DNA of 62,616 bases, filler included, from Basidiobolus ranarum (lineage: Eukaryota), in NCBI GenBank assembly GCA_040143965.1. It is 10 parts of 10 records of this genome, joined end to end, with 100 filler letters (N's around TTAATTAATTAA, not from the genome) between each part and the next. Parts side by side here need not be neighbours in the genome. Positions count along the whole stretch, not along the records: positions 37,666 to 43,832 come from JASJQH010008265.1; positions 43,933 to 50,094 come from JASJQH010008266.1; positions 50,195 to 56,356 come from JASJQH010008267.1; 7 more parts are not named here. One strand, written 5' to 3'. This document shows, piece after piece, positions 38,594 through 51,328 of the stretch; position 1 is the first letter of the stretch; each line of letters starts with the position of its first letter. The translations under genes were made by a program, and so were the position numbers. Under the pieces are notes generated by a model, which was given only the letters and a program-made list of their open reading frames with translations, was not told the DNA's origin and did not search any database.

Positions 38594-39126
38594 TGTTGAA
38601 ATTAGCTTTGCCTAAACACCTATATAGTCATGTATAGCTTAGTACTTAGTTATCTTATAACTCACTAAGATATTATCAATTATTCTCAATTGGAATTTAC
38701 TTGGAATATTTTTACCAACTCAGAAGTTCTCAGATATATAGATTTTTCAAACTTGTGCTAGAAGCCCCAAACTTTACACACATGTTTCTGGGACCTTCCT
38801 TAACACATTCTACATGTTAGTTTGTTTACATCTTGACAAAACTATAAATGTCAACTTTGGACTTGTTCCATTGTGCCAGGATTTATCGGACCTTGGATCA
38901 ATATATTAAAGTAAATGTGATTGAAATTGATCATGCCAGAGGGTGATGGATAGTGCCAAATTGTTCTGCATAAATTTTAGAATACTTTATCCAATATGAT
39001 ATATACAGCACAATCTGGCACTATCACGGAGAACAAGTCCTTTCTACTCAATAAATCAATAAGTGAAAACCACCAATCCCTCTAATTCTCCAAACCACTT
39101 CCAACAGGCTCCCAAATACTTTAACA
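38594..39126 (+). mobile_element. Solo LTR of family A (TGTT...AACA), interrupted by a MITE
   Basis: TG...CA ends with short inverted termini, internal CTATAAAT and AATAAA, flanks GTTTC/GCTTC (4 of 5 match, decayed 5-bp TSD); homologous to 60258-60604. Confidence 0.82.
38859..39040. mobile_element. 182-bp MITE, PIF/Harbinger (Tourist)-like
   Basis: Perfect TIR GGACTTGTTC...GAACAAGTCC and TTT duplication; the empty site TCAACTTTCTACTC is present in the LTR copy at about 60515-60528. Confidence 0.88.
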
Positions 39127-40300
39127 GCTTCCAGCTCTCAATGGTGTTGCTCAAGGCTTGGTGAGTGTACTCTTTACTATATTCCTGAATGATTCTTCCT
39201 GGCTTTGCCAAAGTTACTTGCCTGCCATATTTGCTGATGATCAATATCTTAGTTTCCACTCCCCCTCCTCAATAATACATATCTATCATTCAGAGATACT
39301 TGGCTAGTTACAATTTGCAACTCTCAGTACCAAAATCTATCTCAGCTGGCTATAATAGTTCTATCTACAATACAGAGGTCACTCTAGTAGAGCACACAAC
39401 ATATGCAAAACTCTCCTTTAATTCAAGCAGGCATTGATATGAAAATGCAATGTAAAACTGGTATAGTTCTTACCAGGAAGGTTGAATATGGTCCTCAGTG
39501 GTCAAAAACTCCTTAAATAAGCATTCACACCAGTTCTAGAGTTGGGGATAGATCTACTTTCTATCATTCACAGAGATTTATCTGAGCTTTATAGTTACTG
39601 CTTACAATTTCTGGATTCTTTCTTGATCGTATCAGAATGGTTTTATTGAGTGCACGATTGTTACTCAGACTTAATGACTATACAAAAGTAATTCAAGGTA
39701 ATTTAGTAGTATATTGTCTGGCTTTGCAAACAAAAGAAGCAAAAAAGCCTGACCCAGTAGCCAAAGACTATATGCTTAATATTTGGAATAAAAACTTAGC
39801 CCTAAGACACCTTTCCTACTTTGTATTTTTTAAGGTTTCTGTCCCATGGCTCATATGCTATATCCTACTTTGTTTCCTCTATGCACACCGCTTTTCCCAC
39901 TCAACACTGTCTTTACAGTGTCAAATATTGATAGTATTGCAAAGTGTATTAAGAATAGATATGATCCTAAGGTTCACACCACGGTGCTTTTCATCTGCCC
40001 TAAGTGGTAGCTCAAGACTGATCTCCAATCTTTTTGACTCCGTGAGTACAGTGGCTTAGTAATTGGCCCATAGTACCCAATATTTAATAATGGCAATATG
40101 TTGCATAAGATTAGATTATTTGCTGAGAATTTTTGTGTGATACCTTCAGGAACATATTGCAGTATGTGGGCATATTAATATATCATGCAGTTATATTTAT
40201 TACTAGATAATGTTTATTGTTCACAATCCAATTGTAGCAATAGTTGCATGTTGGTACTATCCTCCATCAAGACCTAGAATTGGCGCTGATAATGTTCATA

Positions 40301-40648
40301 TCATTCAGAATTATTTTGTCCGTCAGCACTAGCATCTCTTCCTTCCGATTCTACGCCTTGTTTGTTGAAAGCTATAGGCAGCATTCTATTGTATGTGTTA
40401 CTTGACATTCGATGAATCATACCTTCAATGGAATGTTGAATTTTTGAAGCATCTTGCTCGTTGTCGGACTTGAATTTCCTAACAACATAGCCACCTTTCG
40501 GATTATTTTCTAAGTTGGAATCGGAATTGGACACAGAAGAACTGGCAATATCACTGCCAGTTACTTGATACGGGGTAGACTGCAATTGATTTTCAACGAC
40601 AAATGTTGAAATGAAGAGAGTACCGACGATGACCAGGTGCTTGAACAT
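40301..40648 (-). CDS. Small hypothetical protein with hydrophobic N-terminus (possibly secreted)
   Basis: 115-aa ATG ORF preceded by AAAA; MFKHLVIVGTLFISTFVV looks like a signal peptide; no recognised domain. Confidence 0.5.
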   Translation of the reverse strand: MFKHLVIVGTLFISTFVVENQLQSTPYQVTGSDIASSSVSNSDSNLENNPKGGYVVRKFKSDNEQDASKIQHSIEGMIHRMSSNTYNRMLPIAFNKQGVESEGRDASADGQNNSE

Positions 40649-42153
40649 TTTTGCTTCTTGATGAAGTCTAATCCTAAGAATGCGTATTGATATGCTCTGG
40701 AATATTTAGTAAGCTTAAATAGTGATCAAAGTCTAATGAAATAACCATGAAACAAGCATAGTGATTGCTGCTGATTTACTGATTTAAAGCCATTCGGTTA
40801 GAATATATACTCCCCACTCACCTCATATAGCACTTGATTCATTTACTTTCTATACAATTTGCTTTCAGTATGCTCATGAGCATCTCTATTCTTACCTGCC
40901 ATTACTTCACTCATCTTGGCGAAGGTAAGTAACGGAAACGTAGATGTGATTGATGCTTGAAGGAAGAATGTTTGATAAGATAAAAGCTGTTTTTCTTAAT
41001 AGGTGAGAAATATAGGTAGCTATGTGGTCGAACAAACACATCATAGAACCATAGAATTGCTACTGTCTTAATACAGGTGCTACTTTTTGCTTGTGAAAAA
41101 CGTACGGTAGAATTAGACAAGACTCGTACAGGACGACTCGGTACATCAGTGAAATGTAGCCAAGATACAAGCTAGTTAGTATGTCACACAACCCATAGCC
41201 TAACTCTAGGATATCGATTCTCATATACTTACAGTTGCTTACCATAGCAACATTATCTATGCAGAATAGAGGCACTTTCCATGTACACTTCAGCATTACC
41301 TCTATGTAATATTCTCACTATTAGTCGCCAGTCAGTTGCAAGATATTGAAGTGAGAGTATTTGAGGAATTACGTAAGCTTAAATTGAATACAATTCCAAC
41401 CCTATTAGATACCAGTATACCACATGGAGAACCTGTTTCCATCTGTATCATGTGCATACTGTATTTATAGTAGAGTTGGTATTGACAATACTGCTTATAA
41501 ATTACCTTGCTATCCGAGATACTTTTTTGAAATTATTTTGTGTCTAACATATCATTCAGTATTGACAAACTGAAACAAAATGGAACACATCTAACATCAC
41601 GTGACCTCGCATCTCCAAACACCATTCGTCAAGAACCAAACTCCACTGTGAATGATAGAACGATGCTGAAAGTTGAGTGGATCACGCACTGTAAAAGACT
41701 TGGATTACACATGTAGCCCTCAATGTTCCCATCATAGAGTATTAGCTTATTGTAATCAATTTTGTATCAGTTGATTCTCCAGAAATTACCATTCACGTTG
41801 CAAGCGTCCGCAAATATGGGTGAGTTATGTCATAGATGAGTCTAACAACAGCATGAATCAAATGCTGTTTGGTGCATTGACATTATAAATCGAGCCTTGA
41901 AATGAGGATATATATAGATTAAAGGCGCGGATAAGAAGGGTACGGGCTAAGGTAAGACTTTTGGGGATATATTAATAATTTGATGGCTTCTATTCACGGT
42001 TTCGGGGGTATAAGTGCCATTTAAACCAAACTGTATGGTTCGGACCTGGCCACGTGCAACTGGTATTAATTGTTCGCACAAATGCATATAAATGCGTCTA
42101 AATGAGCCAAGCTTATAAGGTATACCACTATCTTCAACAATACTCTTTTCTGA

Positions 42154-43568
42154 ATGAAACAAACATCTAATACTAGACTTGATCTTATCGCTAAGCAGTT
42201 AGCATCTCATGTATCTCCAGTACTACTTTTGTGGACTACAGCTTATTTACTAGGTTGGTGGCTCTGGTTGCTTGCTTTCTACGTAGTCACTCCATATTTT
42301 GCGCCATTCACGGTGGGTCCGTACGTATTGACATATATACGATGCTCATTAATGGATACGTCGATTCCTCTACATGTCAGGTATCTAAATTTATCCAAGC
42401 AATCCGAGTTCTAGGATAATTAATTTAGTCTTAGTATAGATCTTTAGGGCTGTGCCGACTATTTTACGTCTTTTTTCTGCGACAACCTTTATTCAACATA
42501 GCCTGGTGGATGGATGAGATACTATTTCCTTTATACCATTTGGTCTTGGTCAAATCACCCATCTTCATTCTGGGCCAGCCCAGATCAGGTACTACTAAGC
42601 TGTTGGATCTACTGGCAACTAATGAAGATCATGTTTTAGCCCTGAAACTATGGGAGTATACTTACCCCATTCTATGGCTACAGTATTTGGTGGATTACAT
42701 CGGATTCTATGATGAGAAGTACTTCAATAATTGGATGAAGAAACAACTGGACCCATTTGGTAAAGATGAGACAAACCAACTAAGTACAATGCACCGTATA
42801 AGCATGGAGAAATGGGAAGAAGACGATATGTCGTTTTCCATTCATTTTATGTTTTCCGCTACTGATCTTTACTACTATCCGAGCTTGGAAAGTATGGAGC
42901 TCGTCACTGACTTTTCTTCTTTAGACAAACCATTACGTAGAAGGATGTTTGATTTTCATCAAAAGATGGTGAAGAAAGTGCTATTTAGGAGAGGAAATGA
43001 ACAATCTGTTTACATGGCCAAGTGGGTGGCGTGTTGGAATGGTGAATACAAGCATATCACGGACACATATCCAGATGCACGATGTGTATTTATCTATCGA
43101 GACCCAGAAGAAAGCATACCTAGTCTCTTGAAACTTTACAGTGGGGTTTCACTATATTTGACGAATTTTGACCCGCTCCCCAGTATTGAGTTTAGACGTG
43201 GCTTAATGAGATATGTTTATCGCGGACATAGAGAAGAAATTGAATTTGTGAAGTCTTTGATACAGAGAAAGCAGCATGTTCAAATCGTCGCATTTTCTGA
43301 GCTGTATCAGAACATCGAGGAGCATATGGAAAAAATTAACGGTTTACTACGGCTGCCTATGTCAGTAGAGTACAAACAATTTCTTCGAGAAGAGCATAAG
43401 AAACAAGCTCAACATACAAAAACTGACACTGAAAGTCACACTCAATGTAAGAAAGAAATTGATCTCCATTGCCCGGGTTTCTGTGACCAACTTAATGTAT
43501 TACAGAAGTTGGCATCTGAATCAAATGCTGGAATAAACCCTACTGTGAGTGATTTGAATTCTCTGTAG
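42154..43568 (+). CDS. PAPS-dependent sulfotransferase (bacterial-like Sulfotransfer_3 type) with N-terminal membrane segment
   Basis: Exon 1 (42154-42380) joins in frame through intron 42381-42439 to ...WWMDEILFPLY...PIFILGQPRSGTTKLL (5'-PSB loop) and FIYRDPEESIPS (3'-PB motif). Confidence 0.88.
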
Positions 43569-44086
43569 ACGGATATTCAAGGCCTTAACCCTAGGCATAC
43601 GAAGTTGATAGGCTGTTTGCAATAAAGATATGTATTTAATCGTGGCTATTTGCTTAATTATCAGTTTCTGCAATCAGAAGGCTCTAGTACTATTTAGATC
43701 AAACAACTGCAGCAGAGATATACTGGGACCGGGACACACTGGCAATACTCGAGGCATGGCGCATCCTATAAACGCGAAACAACCGACTAGATAGAGATGA
43801 TTTATATGTAGTGCTTATATGTGAAGCTCAAANNNNNNNNNNNNNNNNNNNNNNNNNNNNNNNNNNNNNNNNNNNNTTAATTAATTAANNNNNNNNNNNN
43901 NNNNNNNNNNNNNNNNNNNNNNNNNNNNNNNNAGTCATTAGAACTCAGATATTAAGTACAGAAAAGTTTGTTGAAAATTCTTAAGAATGGGCGCACAATT
44001 TATAAAAATCAATATCTGAAAGTTTTACTTGAATGCTACAGATAAGCAACAAGAGGAGGTGGGGATTTATCGCAATTACAAAACCA

Positions 44087-44902
44087 TTAACTCAAATACA
44101 CAAACCATGCACGCTTATCACGTACCTCAGTGGTACCACTAGGGCCAGTACGCGACTCTGAATTTTCTACTTGAGGGAAATATCCATTTTTCTTGTTTCC
44201 CTGGATCTTCACTTGAGTTCCATAATAGACCTGACGAGAGAAGCATTCTCGAAGAGTCATAGTTTTTGTGCCGGGGAACAAAATTACTTCTTCCTTATCA
44301 TCAGCGAACTTGATGTCTTCTTCAACACCTTTGCCATCAGGTTTCATGATGTTAGCCTCCTTAACAAATATAGGATTCGATGCACTTTTATAAATAGGCT
44401 GGGTCGGATCATATCGGCACCCGCTTCGAGGGCAAGGGATCTCCATGGTGTTATCACAAGCGTAGGCATAGCGTAAGCCAGTATTTTTGGTGTTATCGCG
44501 GAATAAATTTTTCTCGATGAAATAATTGTTACATCTTTGTACTTGCTTTCGGAATTGGCCAAATACTCGACAGCCTTCGGGATTGGTATCATAGTTCTCC
44601 AGCCATTCGTTGCTCTTATATGCCGCTTTGTTGTTGACACTAAGAGAAGCGATATAGTTCAACTGGCTATTATCCCGTAACATCTCCCTAGGAATCACAT
44701 CTAGGCCCTTGATTTTAAGGTCGTTCTCCGGCTGAGCCATCTCTTTGATTATTTCTACTCGATTGCGTTTTCCCTCAAAGAAGGCATCGGCCAACTCTGA
44801 ATATTGATTAGGAAATACCACAGGCTCCACCAAGTCCTGGCCTTGAACACAACTGAGAGTGGTCACCAATAGCAGAGAAAGAAAGGAGAAAGCAGCTACC
44901 AT
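44087..44902 (-). CDS. Secreted hypothetical protein, 271 aa, intronless
   Basis: Signal peptide MVAAFSFLSLLLVTTLSCVQG, long clean ORF, six Cys in the mature part, TATAAATA about 45 nt upstream on the minus strand. Confidence 0.85.
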   Translation of the reverse strand: MVAAFSFLSLLLVTTLSCVQGQDLVEPVVFPNQYSELADAFFEGKRNRVEIIKEMAQPENDLKIKGLDVIPREMLRDNSQLNYIASLSVNNKAAYKSNEWLENYDTNPEGCRVFGQFRKQVQRCNNYFIEKNLFRDNTKNTGLRYAYACDNTMEIPCPRSGCRYDPTQPIYKSASNPIFVKEANIMKPDGKGVEEDIKFADDKEEVILFPGTKTMTLRECFSRQVYYGTQVKIQGNKKNGYFPQVENSESRTGPSGTTEVRDKRAWFVYLS

Positions 44903-47374
44903 GATAAATTGAGGTTCTTGAGTTCTAACGCAACCTTTTCGACTCTATTTATATTAGTGCTTAAAGGTAAGATGCTCTCTAGTAATATATTCTAATATAA
45001 AAGAATTGATGAAATTTAGTAAAGACAGCCGCTATGTCTCTATTTGGTACGTACCTTGTAATTCTCAATATATGCTCTAGTGCTATCATCTGGCTCTTCG
45101 CCTGGATTGTCAATTTAGATAATTCGTCGCCTTGGGCAGAGTTGAAGCATTGAAATTTGGGACTACTATGATATTACGTGCAGTATTTACTATCCTAATG
45201 CAGTAATGGTGTCTAGGTAATGACGGTCAAATACCTGTTACTCAAGCAGAATCTACGACGACGATCACCGGTTCGTTTAGCATTTTCCAAGTGCATAACA
45301 CCTATTAAAAGTGGATTCCATCGTGAGACTCATCTGTTCTTTGATGGTGTACAAGAATAGGAAACAACGGTATATTGTAAAGTAATATTATCTGATTAGA
45401 TATGAGCAAATCTATTAGACTAATGAATCTGGAGACAGCATGCTATTGGCAGTTGTAGGATACCCTATATGCATTTATTGGACTAGTGCATAGAAATAAT
45501 AATAACAATGATCATGTGAAATCCTGATATCAGCAGGGTTAGGGTTAGATAAGACAGTATAAGACCAATCAAGAAATCGATAAACAAAGATAAAACTACA
45601 AATTAATTAGTGTTCTGCAAGTTGGTTTTGAACAATCATACGTGGCACTATGGACTATGGCCGAATGTCAGGGCAGAATGTACAGATGGAACATAGAGCA
45701 TTGAATAAAATATTCAAATCACCCACTGTTTAAGCAACAAAGTAGAATACACTATTGTCAGCGTTCCAATTTAGAGATGTTGTAACCAAGATCAGTCTCC
45801 CTTGAGTAAGTAACTGGGTTAGAGGTAGACTATACATTTGTAATATTAATGAAGAAAAACTTTAACGTTGGCACACGTAGTAAATCAATTCACCATCACC
45901 TGGTTTAGTGCCTATATGTAGAATAGCTTTAATAAGCAACATCGATTGATCACTTCCCTTGACCGTTCTAGTCATCCAAATTCCGCCAGAAGCAACAAAT
46001 AACTCGTATTTATTTCTGTCATATACTGACAACGGAAACATACAATTAACCTTATCCGTTATCGCTATTCTTCAACTCTCTTTACCACACTAACAACCCC
46101 ATCATTCAACAACTACATCTTCGGGCCAAGTTATATGCTCATATAATACACTGCTCCTCAAATATTTTGAAACTTATCAAGATACAATCGATTTTTGGGT
46201 CAAGACACTTTATTCAATTGGGTTGATAAATAAGTTAATTGAGGGTTAGGGGTAACTAATAACGCTCACAAAAACTGGCAAGCATGAATTGTAAATTTAC
46301 ATGCCAAAGTTAGATCCTTTTTTTAGTGTAAAACTAGCCCAGTTATTAGTACACCCTTGTGTTGCTATTCTGAAAAGTTGATAATCTATTAGTAATTTAT
46401 CACTGAACTTACTTTACCGCAGTATCCGCTCATCATAACTATGCACAATTCAATCTTAATAGCATCTTCTTAACATTCCTCCAGCCACACTCTCAGTTGT
46501 TAGCATTCTCTCAACATCCAATCAAGAAACTTCCAATGTAACCCAAGTTTATCAAAGGTAGCCCACTGTTGAAATAGCTGCTAATTCTTTGAGTGGTATA
46601 ATAACGACACTCATGACTGTTGAACATATATAGCCGTAAAAATTCTGGAGCATTTCCAAGTAATCATGTGTTTGCCACCTACAATCTTATGATAATTGGT
46701 AAGATATAACCGAGCAACGAATCTCTTTATTTCTCAGCATCAAAATCCTTTACCAACTATTGAGATGTAACCTGATAAGTCTCATCGTTGATAACTAGTG
46801 CTAATTTGCTGCATATCCTTATGTTTAATGTACCCACAAACTTAGGATAATCTCATCAGATTTACCCAATCTGCTATCTCCTTCAAGCGGGATAGTAATA
46901 TTGACTAAGTTAAGCAACAGGGCGTGGCAATTGTTCAGGAAGGAAAGAAAAAGAAATCAAGATACTTCGTGGAATGAGTCAATTAAGCTAAAATGCTGGT
47001 GTATGTCAGTGACAGCTATAAATGTAGAGTATAGCACTAAGGTGATATCATTTGATTGATATACTAACTATAAATGTCTGAACCTTTCAACACAACATCA
47101 CTTCAACATTCTACTTAATGTAATTACCATTCAAATCTGTGAATTTCAAACATATGGCAAGCATCAGATCAATGGAAGTAGATGCCGATTTGATGGAAAT
47201 AATTGCCAAGTAACAGATAAATCACAAAAAGGCAGCACTTGGGTATATGCTTACAATAACTTACAGCATAGACAAAAGTAAGGATCTCGCTACATCACTG
47301 TCTTGTAATTTAATAAATACTATAAATTCCATTTATTGCTACGAGTACATACTTTCTCACTTCTCAACGTTAAA

Positions 47375-48283
47375 TTAGTAGCGATTGCATTGAACTCTGC
47401 TACCATTGGGATTACAGATACTACCAAATGCCCAAGTCTTGGAGTTTAAGCGTCCGCCCTCACATCTGGTGTAGGCTTCAGTAATTCTAGGCCTTACACA
47501 TTTGTCGCCTTGATAGCGACATTTTACAGAGCCAGTAGGCTTTGTTGGAGGGGCTGCAATGGTTGGCTTAGTAGGTATCAACTTATTATTGGGTTTACTA
47601 GGCTTGCTAGCGGTAGGTGTTTTTGAAGGCCGAGGGCTAGGAATAGGACCATCAGTAGATCCACTACCAGTAACCGTGATAATTGGCCGAGAGTCAAGGA
47701 GATCTTTTCCATCATAGCTGCCAGGATTAGTGAATTCTGGAATAGTCTGGTAACCTGGCAGATTTACCACCAGCAACTTAGGCCCAGTCAACCTACCATC
47801 AGCAGAGGATCCCGTGACACGGATATCTGCACAGTTCATGTAATACTCGCGCGCACCTGTTTGGTTAATCCAAGTCCAAGCAAAGATGGCACTCCCAGAT
47901 GGAGCTCCGACCGGGAGAGGAACTTGAAAATCTTTTCCAGTTAGGAAACACTCACTGTATACTGTCTTTACCACGACAAAGGTTTTGCTTTGATCGTAAG
48001 AAAGTGCGAATTGGGAATGTCCACCATTATGAGTGGCAGTACCCTCAATCTTGACAGGGAGGGTTTCTCCAGCCCCAATACTCCTCACAATGTCACCCTG
48101 TCCGTACCCGCGACAGGGATAAGGCCAACTTCCACCGTTAAGTGGAGATTTCATATCGTAATCTGGAGTTCCTTTGTATGTGGGGTTGTACTGAGAATGC
48201 CGAGGTGGAGGCAGCACCATCTCCATGTGACCGAAAGCAAATGAAGCCAAAGCAAGCAATACTGATAAATTGAAGGCAATCAT
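47375..48283 (-). CDS. AA11-type lytic polysaccharide monooxygenase with P/T/K linker and C-terminal Cys-rich (CBM19-like) module
   Basis: Signal peptide ends AFG|H, giving His1 of the histidine brace; YPCRG, ATHNGGHSQFALSYD, FAWTWINQTGAREYYMNCADI. Confidence 0.9.
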   Translation of the reverse strand: MIAFNLSVLLALASFAFGHMEMVLPPPRHSQYNPTYKGTPDYDMKSPLNGGSWPYPCRGYGQGDIVRSIGAGETLPVKIEGTATHNGGHSQFALSYDQSKTFVVVKTVYSECFLTGKDFQVPLPVGAPSGSAIFAWTWINQTGAREYYMNCADIRVTGSSADGRLTGPKLLVVNLPGYQTIPEFTNPGSYDGKDLLDSRPIITVTGSGSTDGPIPSPRPSKTPTASKPSKPNNKLIPTKPTIAAPPTKPTGSVKCRYQGDKCVRPRITEAYTRCEGGRLNSKTWAFGSICNPNGSRVQCNRY

Positions 48284-49885
48284 GATGAAAGAAAATAGAA
48301 CGTTCTAGCCAGTAGAATGTTAAAGTGATATCCTTTCGTGTTGCAAAGTTCAGACATTTTATAGTAAATATTTCGATCAGATGATTTTACCTTAAGGTTA
48401 TATCCCTCGCTTGAACTCTTCACGCACCAGTGTCTTAGTTTAATTTGACTTGAAATGAGCACTCCTGTCAATGTATGTTGGTTAATATCATACTGATGGT
48501 TGTTCATAGCTAGTCTAATCCTCCTGATAGTTAGTAACAATATCTGTAGAATGTGAAGCAGGGCCAAAGTGGTTTAGTTAATGCATAACGATAGAGCATT
48601 CAGGTACAGTAAACAGGTATTCACTAGGCGATTTACGTTTATGAGCAAATTTTATTTTATTTTTGTTCCAAAATTCAAAGAAGAGACTGCTGTGAAACCA
48701 GGAATACTACCTGAATTACGCCAAGACCTCACGGTTGGTAGTGAATATTATGGGTTTCAATTTGAGCTATAGAAGACCATTCTGTGAATTTTTTTCTCGA
48801 ACACGGCAATTTCTCTGAGAAATTCATTCTCTCTTCTAGTAAGCACCGTTCGCCAAAGCAAATGTCACTGTTATACGACCAGGTTAGCATGCGGATGCAT
48901 ATGCGGTTTGGTATGCTATCGGCTGGTCAATTAATATTGGAGATAGTTAGTGGTAATCGTCTTAGCAAATTAGTAATTTACTACGATAAGGCTTTTCGAT
49001 CATAATAGAATTGTTTAGTTAACCGTAGGTGACATTCTACATTAGTCTTATAGGCCAACTGATTATCTGTCTATAGCATTCGCAGAGCATCAAACCTAGC
49101 TGTCTAACAAATATTTGCTATTCTCAAGGCCTTTATTAGTTTAGATCTGCGTTGTAAATATCCCTTATTAAAACAGTTTGAGAGGGCAGCACTTAACTAT
49201 TTCTTTGGTTCAGCAATGTTCGAGACTATTTTTTCTCTTCAACACAGCAACTGGATGTAGGTATATGAAGTTAACACCTATTGATGCTTCTCTTTCTTCT
49301 AACCTTCTAGTAGTTTAGTAGATCCAAAGGGCATAAATTTAGAAAGAACTTAGTCATATGAATTACATGTACTAATGTAAGTCGATGATATAGGAAACAT
49401 CAAATGATAGTTATTTCAACCCATTCCACCTAGGTGGGAGGAATTTGTCACATGCATTAGCGTTCACAACTGATTCACTTTTCTTGCATACAGTTTTCAA
49501 ACGACAGTATCTCTATAGTCACTGTATGATGAATCTTGTTATTTATCATGCAGTCAAATCAGACACCAAATAACAGTCTTTGCGACTTTCAAAGCGAAGC
49601 TTTCTTCATAATTATGAGTGATCATATAAGCTGTTCAAATATGGCTAAGTTCATGTTAAAGTGCTGAATCCTGAGGCTATGTCTATATACCGCGACAAGT
49701 CTTTTGATTGCTTATAAACACACTGCGACTCTCTTTCTTACGTCATGAGTTTTGTGACAATATCTTTAAATAGCTCTCTAATGGAGTTATGACTCTAAAG
49801 AAACTCAGATGAAAAGCTTATTATGAATTGGAAAGTACATCTAGGATAGAAATGCTATTTGGAGTGTGCTTGAAGTGATGGAATG

Positions 49886-50094
49886 TGTTGAAATTAGCAT
49901 TGTCTAAACACCTATATAGTCATATATAGCTTAGCATTTAGTTATCCCATATTCCACTAAGATATCTCCCATTATTCGATATCGAAATTTTCTTAGAATA
50001 TTGACACCAACTTAGAAGTTCTCAGATATATAGATTTTGATAACTAGTGCTAGAAGCCCCAAACTTTGCACACATATTCCTGGGACCTTCCTTA
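49886..50094 (+). mobile_element. LTR family A copy, truncated by contig end
   Basis: TGTTGAAATTAGCATTGTCTAAACACC...AGAAGTTCTCAGATATATAGATTT...CTAGAAGCCCCAAACTTT is shared with the other copies. Confidence 0.85.
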
Positions 50095-51328
50095 NNNNNN
50101 NNNNNNNNNNNNNNNNNNNNNNNNNNNNNNNNNNNNNNTTAATTAATTAANNNNNNNNNNNNNNNNNNNNNNNNNNNNNNNNNNNNNNNNNNNNTATCTC
50201 ACGAATATATGAGGGCAAATTAATTCTATTCCTTGCTTACCCATGAGAGAAATAGCCAGACATTGCTCCAGAGCGTACGTCGATGTATGTAAAACCTCAT
50301 TGTGACGGGAAACCCATGATACAATGATACCTAAGCATCGGGACATCAACTAAACCCGTCCCAACATTGTTCATCCTTACGAAGACAAATTATCCATTTC
50401 ATTCTTGATATCGGACCTTCTTGATCGATACATGACACACGAATGGTATCTCCAAGGGCAATAAATAGCAACGGTTAGAGAGGTGTTGTGGTTAAAGTGT
50501 TTATTCAGCATTAATAGCTTCTTCATCATGAAAAGGAAGCATGATGTCTCCTACTTGATTTGCAATTATATACTATTTTAAATACTCACCAACTCTTATG
50601 GAGCAAGTTTATTGACCATCACTTGGCGAGAATGTTTGGACTGGAAAATAACCTATTTACTCTTTTGAAATACTTCAACGGGTAAGTGAGCTTATTTATA
50701 GATTATATATCAACTCTTAATGATTGATGTGTATTAGCTTCTTCTTACCACCATTCTACTTGCTTGAAATATATATAGTTACTTAGAATGGTAATGGTAA
50801 TCGAGTTTATCCATTACAAATAGGGGGGAAGGAAATAGCCATAACTTGGTTTAGTCTAGATGCCGACAAATCGTTTTAACCTTCGAATTGGACTGTTGTG
50901 CGACTTTTCTTTCGAATCATCCTTACAAGCCCTGGTAAAGCCATTGTTGTTTCTCTCATTAAGCCTGAAGTCATCACAGTTCTTGATATCAAATCAGGAA
51001 CTAATCTGTGAATGGCGAGCTAATTCAGCTATTGGAGGAAGAAGAATTTGATGGTAATACAAATAAGAGTAGGAATTATGATCCATTCCAAGTTAGTAAG
51101 CTCTAATCAATGATGTATTCACACGCGATGCTTACGCGATTGGCTATATTGACAGATACCATCATTATTATAATTGAAATAATCACCAATGTACATTTGT
51201 GAGCTATTTATGCCATTGGATATAACTGATGATCTCGGAAAAGCATGCATAGAAATTACTCTAAATTACTATAAAGTGCTACCACTCTACTACATTCAAT
51301 TAACATAACAATCGATTAACTCTTAACA

